Shown piece after piece: positions 18,847 through 27,653 of a stretch of DNA of 50,809 nucleotides; the stretch's first letter is position 1, and each line of letters starts with the position of its first letter. Below the pieces are notes generated by a model that saw only the letters and a program-made list of their open reading frames with translations, was not told the DNA's origin and did not search any database. Origin of the DNA: a phage; sequence record NC_136442.1. One strand, written 5' to 3'. The position numbers and the translations under genes were made by a program.

Positions 18847-19776
18847 TTATAGCAGTGATTCGGGCTTGTATAGTTTTCTTTCTACGCCCTGTTTAAAATT
18901 ATCGTTAACAGGCATCATTATGTCAAGACCTCTTTCCTCTGCTGCGATTATCACATCACGATCATCTTTCCGGCAGACTACGCGCATCCTTCTTTCTCCT
19001 TTATATCTATGCGCAACCATTTCAAGATTTGAAGGAGTAAAGCAAGCCCACACCTCTTGACCAGTTGATAAATGAACATGTTGGGAGTCAACCCAATCAA
19101 GGCACAAATAGATCGTCTTATCTGTGCTACCTGTTTTAACAACAGATCCGCGCGTGTAGTCGCGAGCTAAAAACCAATCCTTTCCATCCTCATCAATGAA
19201 AAGCACGTTACACATTTCATCATCAAGCCCGTCATCATGCACCAAGTGACAAGGTAGCGCGTGAATGTATCGACCATCCTTGACGCCGCAATCATAATGA
19301 CAACCTTCCGGCGGATATATCCCCTCATAAACGCTTAAAGGTGTGCGATCGAATTTTAATGTTTTTGCCATCACTTTTTCGCAGCATTCATGACTTGCCT
19401 GTTTCCCGAACGAGTAACCAGAAGAACGCGAAGCGCGCTTGTTTGCTCTGATCCTGTAATCCTGCGGCACTTTTCCGAGGAAGCGGCCCAAAATGTTGAT
19501 GGCCTCGCTGTAAGGTTCGCCAGTTAATTTCATTAACCAGCCGATCCCCGTGTCGTTACCGCACACGTTGCAGATCGCGCCGCCGTCGCCCTCTTCATTT
19601 AGCTTATCAGTCCATCTAAAACGATCCTTACCGCCGCAGTGTGGGCAAGGCTGATGCTTTTTGTTGAAAACATCGCTATGCAGTCCGCAAATGCTTTGTA
19701 GTGCTTCACGCCATAACCCCTTCATATATGGCAAAACGTCTTCTTTCTGATAGGTCATAAAGTTTTCAGTATTCAT
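18847..19776 (-). CDS. DNA primase (zinc-binding plus TOPRIM-like)
   Basis: CPHCGG...C zinc-finger motif and acidic DxD/E clusters; start MNTENF chosen over upstream in-frame codons. Confidence 0.55.
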   Translation of the reverse strand: MNTENFMTYQKEDVLPYMKGLWREALQSICGLHSDVFNKKHQPCPHCGGKDRFRWTDKLNEEGDGGAICNVCGNDTGIGWLMKLTGEPYSEAINILGRFLGKVPQDYRIRANKRASRSSGYSFGKQASHECCEKVMAKTLKFDRTPLSVYEGIYPPEGCHYDCGVKDGRYIHALPCHLVHDDGLDDEMCNVLFIDEDGKDWFLARDYTRGSVVKTGSTDKTIYLCLDWVDSQHVHLSTGQEVWACFTPSNLEMVAHRYKGERRMRVVCRKDDRDVIIAAEERGLDIMMPVNDNFKQGVERKLYKPESLL

Positions 19777-19788
19777 GGCAAACCCCAA

Positions 19789-19824
19789 TAAAAAAGCCCA
19801 GCAAATATTATCATTTCGCTGGGC
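19789..19824 (-). terminator. intrinsic terminator between HTH gene and primase gene
   Basis: GCCCAGC ... GCTGGGC hairpin followed by T6 on the minus strand. Confidence 0.6.
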
Positions 19825-19831
19825 CTTATCA

Positions 19832-20308
19832 TTAGCTATTCGTGCTGTTATCACCTTTGTAGAATCGTCCGCCTGGTTCGTAGTCTGAATTTTTGACTAC
19901 GCGCAACATTTCGTATTTGTCGCAACGGGTAGTAAGAGGCTTGCCGTTAGAATCAAACCGCAGATCTGGACGACAAAACGAGGCGCGGTATCCTTTGCAT
20001 CCATTATATTTGTAGTCGTTATGCACCTTTTGTGCTCCAGCGGCTGAAATCATACCACGCTTTCGCCACTGGTTAACGACTTGCTGAGATACGCGCAGAC
20101 GTCGAGCCATAGCAGGAACACCGCCGTAATACTCGATCAGAATGTCAAGGCGAGATTTTAGGCTTGCTTTTACCTCATCTCGCAGGATAAGAAATCCGGT
20201 TCGGTGTTTTCGTGGCTTTTTGTCTTTACCTCGTCGCGTTCCGTTGTTACCGTTAATAGTGCGCTTGTCGATCTCACCCGTAGACACTGCAATTCGTGCA
20301 TCTTTCAT
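19832..20308 (-). CDS. basic HTH DNA-binding protein (Cro/YdaS-like helix-turn-helix)
   Basis: GGVPAMARRLRVSQQVVNQWRKRG helix-turn-helix-like segment; arginine/lysine-rich N-terminus. Confidence 0.55.
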   Translation of the reverse strand: MKDARIAVSTGEIDKRTINGNNGTRRGKDKKPRKHRTGFLILRDEVKASLKSRLDILIEYYGGVPAMARRLRVSQQVVNQWRKRGMISAAGAQKVHNDYKYNGCKGYRASFCRPDLRFDSNGKPLTTRCDKYEMLRVVKNSDYEPGGRFYKGDNSTNS

Positions 20309-20319
20309 CTAGTCACCTC

Positions 20320-20363
20320 ATAGCATTTTTTGTTAAAACAGTTTATTGTAATGAGTCTATTAT
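20320..20363 (+). promoter_or_regulatory. motif-type promoter cassette (ATAGCATTTTTTGTTAAAAC, 18 nt, TATTAT) upstream of helicase
   Basis: Motif and spacing read directly; divergent to the HTH gene. Confidence 0.6.
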
Positions 20364-20395
20364 ATACTCCAAATGGCATTTTTTAAAGGTTTAAG

Positions 20396-22393
20396 ATGAT
20401 TCCAAATATCGAAAAACAAATATCAGCGTTAGGCGAGGCAGTAATAAAAAGCATCCAAGAGCGATTCACTGTTGGCAATATAGTGCCTTATCCTTATCAG
20501 TGCGTTGCGTATGCCGAGATCGCAAAGCGCATGAAAAACTATGAGCATCCTTTCTTTGTTAAGGCTTCTGTGTCGGCTGGCAAAACATTGATGTTTGCGA
20601 TGGTTGCGGCGCAATGCCGCAAAATGGGATTGAAAATGATGGTCCTTGCTCGCCAGGCTGAAATTGTTGATCAGGATTCGGAAGAGATCAGCAATCTTGG
20701 CGTGCCAAACTCAATCTATTGCGCCGGACTGAAAACAAAAAGCGCATACTTTCCGATCGTAGTCGGTTCTGAGGGCACTGTAGTAAACGGATTGTTTAAG
20801 TCGTTAGGTGATTATGTTCCGCACGTTATCGGTATTGATGAATGTCACCAGGTGGATTGGGAGGATCTCGCTGATGCGATAGAAAATAATGAATCTTACC
20901 AGCAGATGACCACTAAGAAGGATTTGCCTGTACTGATTGGAGAAGAACAGCAATTTGATTCCAATGGCGATCCAATGTTCGGAACAGGGCGCACACAGTA
21001 CACCGTAATAATCATGGAAATGATGCGCAGGTGTCGCGAGGCATACGGGCACGAATTGCGAATATTCGGTATGACTGGATCTGAGTTTCGCGGCGTGGTT
21101 CCAATACTGGTTGAAGATAAGAACAAAAAGGGATTCTGGCGTGAGCAGGTGACTAACATAGACACAAACTACTTAATCAAATTTGGTTCGGTAGTGCCAA
21201 CAAATTTCGGCGACGTAGGCGACCTGGGGTATGACCTTTCAGAGTTCGAAGCCAGTAGCGAGGATGGCGTTTCAGACTTTGACGCTAAAACATTGCGCAA
21301 GATGGAAGAAAAAATCCATCAAGACGCAACAATGACACAGAAAATCATGGCTAAAGTCCATGAGATATGCAAAGACAGGAACGGAGTTTTAGTTACATGC
21401 GCAGGGGAAAGGCACTGCAAGGAGGCCGCCGCCGCACTGCCTCCAGGCGTTGAATACAGGATCATAACTGGCAAGACTGGAGACAATCAGCGTAAAGAGT
21501 GGCTGAGGGAGGCATACGATGGAAAAGTAAAATACATCTTCCAGGTACAGGCGCTTACCACTGGCGTTAACGTTCCGTTTTGGGATACTTCGGTAATACT
21601 GAGAAAGATAGGATCTCTAACATTGCTTATCCAGCTTTTGGGGCGCGGTATGCGACTGCTTAAGCAATGGCACATTGAGCAGGGATTCAAGAAAAAAGAC
21701 CATCTTGTATTGGATTTTGCCGGTACTATGGATGAGTTAGGGGATTTGTATTTCGATCCAATCCTTGAGCAAGCGCAATTCCAAAAGAGATTTACAAACG
21801 GGAAAGAGCCTAAGACTTGTCCGATATGTGGAACGCTAAACAGCTTTTACGCTCGCCGATGTATGCACGTAGACGATAACGGGAAGAGATGCGAGCATTT
21901 TTGGACTTACAGAATTTGCGAGGACCAGGTAGATCCGAGAACGAAAAAGATAATCAAGCGCGGTTGCGGAACAAAAAACGACGTAGTGGCGAGAGTATGC
22001 CGTTGTTGCGATATTTCTCTTGTCGATCCTAACGAGAAGTTAAGCGGCAAGCACTACACCAAAAACGATTGGTGCAACGTTAAATCTTTCCGCGTTGATA
22101 TGACGAAAAACCAGAAAGGAATTGTTTTTTGCTATGAGCTTGAGGCCAACGGCGACACGTTCAAGGCATACGAAAGATTTTTCCCTGAGTCAGAAAGCAA
22201 CATTTGCCGGACGATATGGAGAAAAATAGCATTGCAGCACATACCGGATCGCAAGATTGCTGGTATGGTGGCGAGCTATAGAAATGCGCGTAAAATAATG
22301 TCATACGCTCATCACATCATGCCTCCTGTACGCGTAACGCATCGCAAAAACGGCAAAGGTGAGGATAACATTGCAAAACGGGAGTTTGTTTAA
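20396..22393 (+). CDS. superfamily 2 DNA helicase (DECH box) with C-terminal Cys-rich zinc-finger region
   Basis: Walker A-like SAGKT, motif II GIDECHQ, motif VI QLLGRGMR, CxxC pairs in C-terminus. Confidence 0.75.
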   Translation: MIPNIEKQISALGEAVIKSIQERFTVGNIVPYPYQCVAYAEIAKRMKNYEHPFFVKASVSAGKTLMFAMVAAQCRKMGLKMMVLARQAEIVDQDSEEISNLGVPNSIYCAGLKTKSAYFPIVVGSEGTVVNGLFKSLGDYVPHVIGIDECHQVDWEDLADAIENNESYQQMTTKKDLPVLIGEEQQFDSNGDPMFGTGRTQYTVIIMEMMRRCREAYGHELRIFGMTGSEFRGVVPILVEDKNKKGFWREQVTNIDTNYLIKFGSVVPTNFGDVGDLGYDLSEFEASSEDGVSDFDAKTLRKMEEKIHQDATMTQKIMAKVHEICKDRNGVLVTCAGERHCKEAAAALPPGVEYRIITGKTGDNQRKEWLREAYDGKVKYIFQVQALTTGVNVPFWDTSVILRKIGSLTLLIQLLGRGMRLLKQWHIEQGFKKKDHLVLDFAGTMDELGDLYFDPILEQAQFQKRFTNGKEPKTCPICGTLNSFYARRCMHVDDNGKRCEHFWTYRICEDQVDPRTKKIIKRGCGTKNDVVARVCRCCDISLVDPNEKLSGKHYTKNDWCNVKSFRVDMTKNQKGIVFCYELEANGDTFKAYERFFPESESNICRTIWRKIALQHIPDRKIAGMVASYRNARKIMSYAHHIMPPVRVTHRKNGKGEDNIAKREFV

Positions 22394-22812
22394 TGGCTAT
22401 AACTGATAAAGGCGATTATCTTGAGTTTTACGAAAGGGATCCAACCGACACGAGAAGGGAAGTTAATCACCAGATAGATAGTTTTCAGTGGTTGACTTAT
22501 GCTCATCCTTATTTGCTGGCGTGGCATACGGTAAACGAGAATGAGAAGTCTAAAGCAACGGCGATGATTGATCAGCAGTCCGGCTTGGTTAAGGGAGTAA
22601 GCGATTTCATCATCCTGATTGGTTTAAACGGAAAATACCCCTTTGCAGCGATTGAGATCAAACGAGTGAATAAATCAGGCAAGGGGAAAGCATCACCAGT
22701 CAGCGATGAACAAAAGGCTTTTTTGCGTCGCGTTCGCAGCTTAGGAGGATTCGCTGCGGTAGCCTACGGATTCAATCAGTTTAAGTTGGCTATTGAATAC
22801 ATGCTTAAATAG
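22393..22812 (+). CDS. VRR-NUC domain nuclease
   Basis: GVSDF...IEIK PD-(D/E)XK-type motif in a roughly 140-aa protein after the helicase. Confidence 0.55.
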   Translation: MAITDKGDYLEFYERDPTDTRREVNHQIDSFQWLTYAHPYLLAWHTVNENEKSKATAMIDQQSGLVKGVSDFIILIGLNGKYPFAAIEIKRVNKSGKGKASPVSDEQKAFLRRVRSLGGFAAVAYGFNQFKLAIEYMLK

Positions 22813-22852
22813 CACTTTTTGTTAAAACTGGCGCGATGGATTGCGCCATAAT
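22809..22852 (+). promoter_or_regulatory. motif-type promoter cassette (motif, hairpin spacer, CATAAT) upstream of dam
   Basis: Consensus motif 22809-22828; inverted repeat GGCGCGATGGATTGCGCC in spacer; hexamer 22847-22852. Confidence 0.6.
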
Positions 22853-22892
22853 TCAATAACACGAGATGGCTTTTAATAGCGGAGAAATGAAA

Positions 22893-23618
22893 ATGGCTAA
22901 AGATATTTTAGATAAAGACACCCATGACGCATTCGTTAGCTTTGAGCAGTTGGAGAGAGAAACGTTTATAGGGAATGCCCTTGCAACTGGAGGCCATTAC
23001 CAGGCAGTAAAGCAAAATCAATATTATAAGGTAAGCGGAAACCGATACGCTGGAAGCACTACGCCGGACGTTGTGCGAGATATGTGGAGCACGCCTCAAG
23101 AGATCGTGGAGTGGATGGAATCAGAATTTGGTGAATACGATCTCGACGCGGCAGCAAGCCAGGAAAACGCAGTTTGCGAGAAGTTCTATAGCAAGGAAAC
23201 AAACTGCTTAAAGCGTTGGTGGGGTAGCAACAAGCACGTATGGCTTAACCCGCCGTACAGCAACCCAACTCCATTTATCAAGAAAGCAATTGAGCAAATG
23301 GAGCACAACAACCAAATTGATGTTTTGTTGCCAGCAGAAAACTCTACAGCATGGTTTTATGAGGCGCAGAAAAACGCGGCTGAAATCATCTGGATCACTG
23401 GTGAGGTTTACGAAGAGGGTGGAGTAGAATACTCCCGCACCGGAAGAATTGCCTTTGTGTCTGGATTGACTGGTGAGCCTGTGCAGGGCAACAACAAGGG
23501 AAGCGTGATTTTTGTCATGCGCAAACTTAAAGAAGGCGAGGAGCAGAAAACGCGATACGTTAAGATCAGCGATATTTGCCCTTCTGTAACCGAACGTCGC
23601 GCACGCAAACGGAGCTAA
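22893..23618 (+). CDS. dam: DNA N6-adenine methyltransferase (phage Dam-like)
   Basis: DLDAAAS and NPPYS motifs; start chosen 8 nt after GGAG. Confidence 0.7.
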   Translation: MAKDILDKDTHDAFVSFEQLERETFIGNALATGGHYQAVKQNQYYKVSGNRYAGSTTPDVVRDMWSTPQEIVEWMESEFGEYDLDAAASQENAVCEKFYSKETNCLKRWWGSNKHVWLNPPYSNPTPFIKKAIEQMEHNNQIDVLLPAENSTAWFYEAQKNAAEIIWITGEVYEEGGVEYSRTGRIAFVSGLTGEPVQGNNKGSVIFVMRKLKEGEEQKTRYVKISDICPSVTERRARKRS

Positions 23619-23622
23619 CACG

Positions 23623-23880
23623 ATGAAAAAAGAGAGAAGCGTTTATTTAAATGAAACTGGCGAATGGTTGTTATTTCGCGCTATGGTGTGCGATGCACTT
23701 GATAAAAATCCTAACGTGAAAAAGATGATTGATTGCGATCCGTGGGAATTTTCAAGCGCATTAGATATGAGCTTTGAGGAGACAAAAAAACTCCCGCTTG
23801 AAAAATGGCACGAACAAATCAGAAATGACATGCAAGAGTTTGTCGATTCGTGGAATTTTCAGCACGGAATGATCCACTAA
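23623..23880 (+). CDS. hypothetical protein (85 aa)
   Basis: ORF with GGAG RBS; stop overlaps next motif. Confidence 0.55.
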   Translation: MKKERSVYLNETGEWLLFRAMVCDALDKNPNVKKMIDCDPWEFSSALDMSFEETKKLPLEKWHEQIRNDMQEFVDSWNFQHGMIH

Positions 23881-23923
23881 TAGCACTTTTTGTTAAAACG
23901 CCCGACCTAGTGTCGGGCATAAT
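23880..23923 (+). promoter_or_regulatory. motif-type promoter cassette (motif, hairpin GCCCGACCTAGTGTCGGGC, CATAAT)
   Basis: Read directly. Confidence 0.6.
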
Positions 23924-23955
23924 TATTTCAACGAAGCAAACATGAGGAAATAAAA

Positions 23956-24135
23956 ATGGTGGTATTCGATAAACGCGCTTTTAATCTTGCTCAAGAAGTA
24001 GCAAAAGGTTCAGTGGATGGCGGTTCAAAGGAAGGATTCCAGTTTGATTGGGAGATCGCAATGTTTTTACTGAAAGTTGCATACGGTCACGCACCAATTG
24101 AACAAGCGGAGGCATATTATAAGCATGAAGGTTGA
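23956..24135 (+). CDS. hypothetical protein (59 aa)
   Basis: ATG preceded by GAGGAAATAAAA; below the ORF-track size cutoff. Confidence 0.45.
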   Translation: MVVFDKRAFNLAQEVAKGSVDGGSKEGFQFDWEIAMFLLKVAYGHAPIEQAEAYYKHEG

Positions 24136-24367
24136 GCAAGGAAGAGATGCGGTATGGAATCACGCTAAAGAATGCGGTATTGCCGACGATATAAAGAAGA
24201 TCGCGCAATACTTTGATATTGCAGATGTGAGCATAATTAGCGGCGACAAGATGACTTTCCTCAAGGAAAGGCCGCGAAAAATGGTAAGAGTTCCAGCAGT
24301 TCCAACAAAAATTGATTTCAAAGAGGCAATGGCTAAAATCCGAGAGCCTCGCAAATATTATAAATGA
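24125..24367 (+). CDS. hypothetical protein (80 aa)
   Basis: ORF overlapping previous stop; start uncertain. Confidence 0.45.
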   Translation: MKVEQGRDAVWNHAKECGIADDIKKIAQYFDIADVSIISGDKMTFLKERPRKMVRVPAVPTKIDFKEAMAKIREPRKYYK

Positions 24368-24461
24368 GGATAGTTATCATGTGGCGCTTGTTTGTTCTAC
24401 CGTTACCAGTTATCATCGCTGTTACAGTTATGTACCATATAGTGATGAGATAGGTAGCAGA

Positions 24462-25577
24462 ATGAAAAATGTAAAAATTACAGATGAGAAATTCAAGATC
24501 GAACGGGCGGCAGGTAAGACATATAAACAGATCGCTCAAGAGTACGGAATGAATGTGAGAAGCGTCGAGCGTCGCGCGGCGCGTCTTGCAAAGCAAGGAC
24601 AGCTATCGACCATCGGAGCGCCTGGTTTTGGTGTTCATGGTGAGTCAGTAATGACTGACAAAGAAGGAAATATAATCCTCAAGTGGACCAAAACCAGCAA
24701 GGATAAAGAGCAATTAGAGGCATTGATGCGCGCAGCTATGGAGGCGTTTAGCGAGGAAGTGCCGCGATTAGATCCAGTTCCATTGCAGGAGCGTAATTAT
24801 AATGAAACGCTTTCATTGTATCCGATCTTTGACATGCACTTAGGCGCTATGGCCCATAAGCACGAATGCGGCGAAAATTGGGATACTGCGACGGCAGAGC
24901 GCGTTATGAATAACTTTATCGACTATGCTTTGATGTGCGCGCCGGACAGCGAAAAGGCTGTTATCCTGATTGGTGGCGATATGCTTCATAGCGATGGCCT
25001 GGAGGCTGTGACACCTGCAAGCGGTCACGTACTTGATCAAGATAGCCGATATGCAAAATTGGTTTACGTTGCAATCCGTGCAATGCGTCGCGCAATTAAT
25101 AAAATGCTGTTAAAGCATAAACATGTTGAGGTTCAGATCGTAGAGGGGAATCACGACCAATCAGGAATGATTTGGCTACGCGCAGCAATGGCGGCAGCAT
25201 ATGAGAACGAGCCGCGCGTTTACGTTGATGTTTCTCCTCGCGTTGTTCACCACACGCAATACGGAAAAACTTTCCTTGCGTACCATCACGGGCACACAGT
25301 GCGTAAACCGGAGACTTTGCTAATGATGTGCGCGTCAGATTGGCGGGAGGACTTCGGAAACTCAAAAACGATGTATGCGCACGTAGGGCACTGGCATCAC
25401 CAGACCGTGACGGAAACGTCGCTTGGGATCGTGGAGGTGCATAGCACCCTGGCGGCAAAAGACGCATACGCCGCGCGCGGTGGCTGGAGATCTCGACGCC
25501 GTGCAGCGGTTATCATTTACGACAAAGAGCATGGAGAAGTTGGGCGATTTGTTCACTATCCAGAAATGATGAATTGA
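24462..25577 (+). CDS. calcineurin-like metallophosphoesterase with N-terminal HTH-like segment
   Basis: FDMHLG, GGDMLHSD, EGNHDQ, YHHGH metallophosphatase motifs; N-terminal KTYKQIAQEYGMNVRSVERRAARL. Confidence 0.6.
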   Translation: MKNVKITDEKFKIERAAGKTYKQIAQEYGMNVRSVERRAARLAKQGQLSTIGAPGFGVHGESVMTDKEGNIILKWTKTSKDKEQLEALMRAAMEAFSEEVPRLDPVPLQERNYNETLSLYPIFDMHLGAMAHKHECGENWDTATAERVMNNFIDYALMCAPDSEKAVILIGGDMLHSDGLEAVTPASGHVLDQDSRYAKLVYVAIRAMRRAINKMLLKHKHVEVQIVEGNHDQSGMIWLRAAMAAAYENEPRVYVDVSPRVVHHTQYGKTFLAYHHGHTVRKPETLLMMCASDWREDFGNSKTMYAHVGHWHHQTVTETSLGIVEVHSTLAAKDAYAARGGWRSRRRAAVIIYDKEHGEVGRFVHYPEMMN

Positions 25578-25626
25578 TGAATTTTTATTTAAATCAATGA
25601 CAAATTAAATCAAAAACTTGCAAAGT

Positions 25627-25652
25627 GGCGGCGTTTGTCGCCTCTTTTTTTT
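25627..25652 (+). terminator. intrinsic terminator upstream of lysis cassette
   Basis: GGCGGCG-TTTG-TCGCC hairpin followed by T8. Confidence 0.65.
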
Positions 25653-25722
25653 GTTTAATTTTTTACCATGTGCGTTTATCATGCGGTCAATATATTGACT
25701 TTAATTAATATGGAGAATAAAA

Positions 25723-25938
25723 ATGAAAGATTTTATTAACGCAGCTACCGCCGGATCTGGCGGTTCATCTATCGCAAGCGCCGCTACAGGGCAGTTAACC
25801 ATTGCTATTGCCAGTTTTATTTTAATGGCTGCATTCGGTGCGTGGGGCGCTTACCTTCGCTGGCGTGATAGTAAAAAATTCCACGAGGCGATCGAAAAAG
25901 GTGATATTCAAAAAGCTATTGAGATCAGGGGCAAGTAA
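25723..25938 (+). CDS. holin (small, possibly pinholin-type)
   Basis: 71 aa, hydrophobic helix [21 protein letters not shown], charged C-terminus, directly upstream of endolysin. Confidence 0.7.
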   Translation: MKDFINAATAGSGGSSIASAATGQLTIAIASFILMAAFGAWGAYLRWRDSKKFHEAIEKGDIQKAIEIRGK

Positions 25939-26429
25939 TGAGCATAAAGAACAGGGTAGCGGCTGCGGCCTTTGGCGTTGCGGTTGCCTTGACTTCTCCA
26001 CTTCTTGAAGAGATCGAAGGGGTAAGATACAAGCCATACAAAGATATTGCGGGGGTATGGACGGTTTGCGCAGGAATCACCGGACCCGATGTTATCCTGG
26101 GGAAAACGTACACTAAAAAAGAGTGTGATGCTTTGTTGGCTAAGCATATCCAGGTTGCCAAAAAGGAAGTTGACAAGCAAGTTAAGGTTGACATTCCTGA
26201 TAGTATGCGTGCAGCAATGTACTCATTCACTTACAATGCAGGTGTGGGAGCTTTCAGAAATTCAACAATGCTGAAACTCATCAACCAGGGGAAATTAAAA
26301 GATGCTTGCGATCAGCTTTATCGTTGGACGTATTACCATAACCCCAAAACAGGAAGGCGCGAGAAGTCTAAAGGCTTACTTAACAGGCGCAATGTCGAAT
26401 ACAAATATTGCACAATGGATCTGAAATGA
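25938..26429 (+). CDS. endolysin, lysozyme-like with N-terminal signal-anchor-release (SAR) domain
   Basis: Catalytic-type E-x8-D-x5-T ([16 protein letters not shown]) after a weakly hydrophobic N-terminus [18 protein letters not shown]. Confidence 0.7.
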   Translation: MSIKNRVAAAAFGVAVALTSPLLEEIEGVRYKPYKDIAGVWTVCAGITGPDVILGKTYTKKECDALLAKHIQVAKKEVDKQVKVDIPDSMRAAMYSFTYNAGVGAFRNSTMLKLINQGKLKDACDQLYRWTYYHNPKTGRREKSKGLLNRRNVEYKYCTMDLK

Positions 26430-26821
26430 TGAAGAAATTTTTACTTACACCAATCGCAATGGCGGTGATCTTGTCTGGATGTTCAAGCGTTACGCCACTG
26501 ACCGGATTAATCGGCAGTAAGCCGGAAATCACAGCACAGGCTGGCGCGGAGAACGTGAAGCAGACAGTTGGCATTACAGCAAAGCAGGACGCCAGCACAA
26601 AACAGAAAACCACAATAAAGGAATCTGCGGTTGACAAGGTTGACACGTCCAGCAAGAAGGATTTCACAACATCAACCATTCAGGCCAATACCATCAAGGC
26701 AGACAAAATTCAGGTCGTGCAGGGTAATAACGGCAGATGGTACGATCCAATAATCATATGCGTGGTTGTGTTAATTGTGCTGATTTGTCTTTACTGGAGA
26801 GAAAAGAAAAAGGAGGCTTAA
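26426..26821 (+). CDS. unimolecular spanin (T1 gp11-like): lipoprotein signal plus C-terminal transmembrane helix
   Basis: Lipobox ILSGC at the N-terminus and C-terminal [15 protein letters not shown] helix in one polypeptide. Confidence 0.7.
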   Translation: MMKKFLLTPIAMAVILSGCSSVTPLTGLIGSKPEITAQAGAENVKQTVGITAKQDASTKQKTTIKESAVDKVDTSSKKDFTTSTIQANTIKADKIQVVQGNNGRWYDPIIICVVVLIVLICLYWREKKKEA

Positions 26822-26840
26822 TGCCTCCTTTATTTTTATG
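26808..26840. terminator. bidirectional terminator between lysis cassette and leftward early genes
   Basis: AAGGAGGC-TTAA-TGCCTCCTT hairpin with flanking A/T runs. Confidence 0.7.
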
Positions 26841-27060
26841 CGTCGGGCCACATATGAGTTTCGTTTGTTGGCTTGTTCGATTCGTCGTACTGCCTTACTT
26901 CAATGCTGCAAGTGTCGCCATACATTCCTGCAATCTTGCGCTCATTTTCAACAGCCGATTGCTCACTCCATCCAAAATCCCTGTCATAAATTGTCGGGAT
27001 TTCAGCAGAAGATCCGTTGTCATGATTATATACGCGAACTACTAAAAACTTGCTGGACAT
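26836..27060 (-). CDS. hypothetical protein (74 aa)
   Basis: ORF downstream of a motif cassette with conserved leader and RBS. Confidence 0.55.
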   Translation of the reverse strand: MSSKFLVVRVYNHDNGSSAEIPTIYDRDFGWSEQSAVENERKIAGMYGDTCSIEVRQYDESNKPTNETHMWPDA

Positions 27061-27096
27061 AATTTTACCTTTTGGTTGTTTCGTTTCGATGAAACA

Positions 27097-27140
27097 AATA
27101 TACCCGACACTAGGCCGGGCGTTTTAACAAAAAATGCTAT
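27097..27140 (-). promoter_or_regulatory. motif-type promoter cassette (ATAGCATTTTTTGTTAAAAC, hairpin spacer, TATATT)
   Basis: Read on minus strand; hairpin GCCCGGCCTAGTGTCGGGT nearly identical to the one at 23900. Confidence 0.6.
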
Positions 27141-27331
27141 TCCATACGCTTTACCGTAACCAGTAATACACCATCATCATTGCATAAAACATGTTCAGTG
27201 GTGCTAAAAGCGCGCATATCTGAATAAAGTAGCGTAAGTAAAGCATGAATAAAATCCTCATGTGATATTGAATTTACGGCGCAGTGCTTCAAGATCTTGT
27301 CTATTAGCTTTTGCCTGGAACAATTCATCAT
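27137..27331 (-). CDS. hypothetical protein (64 aa)
   Basis: AGGGGAG RBS 7 nt upstream; stop TAG embedded in motif as for many early genes; overlaps 3' end of the upstream ORF. Confidence 0.45.
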   Translation of the reverse strand: MMNCSRQKLIDKILKHCAVNSISHEDFIHALLTLLYSDMRAFSTTEHVLCNDDGVLLVTVKRME

Positions 27332-27653
27332 CGCCCATCTCCCCTATTCTCGCCATATCCCTGATCCAGTCGTTGCGCATACCATCCAGGCTATACAATT
27401 CGAATCCGAAAGGCCGCTTTGACGATCCTTTGGACCAGTATTTTCCGCAGACCCCATCTATATAACCAGCCGTCATCATTCTTGCGCAAAATTCCTTAGA
27501 TGCAAGGCTGGCGAACATTCGCGGCGTAAGTCCGGCGGCCCTTGCGAGCCGCTCACATTCTCTATGCTGATAGATAAATTTGGCTATGTGCTGCCTGTTA
27601 AACCAGTCGTATGACTCACACCATTTATACAGATCAAGCAAAAACATAATCAT
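27258..27653 (-). CDS. hypothetical protein (131 aa)
   Basis: ATGA start-stop coupling with upstream ATPase gene. Confidence 0.55.
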   Translation of the reverse strand: MIMFLLDLYKWCESYDWFNRQHIAKFIYQHRECERLARAAGLTPRMFASLASKEFCARMMTAGYIDGVCGKYWSKGSSKRPFGFELYSLDGMRNDWIRDMARIGEMGDDELFQAKANRQDLEALRRKFNIT

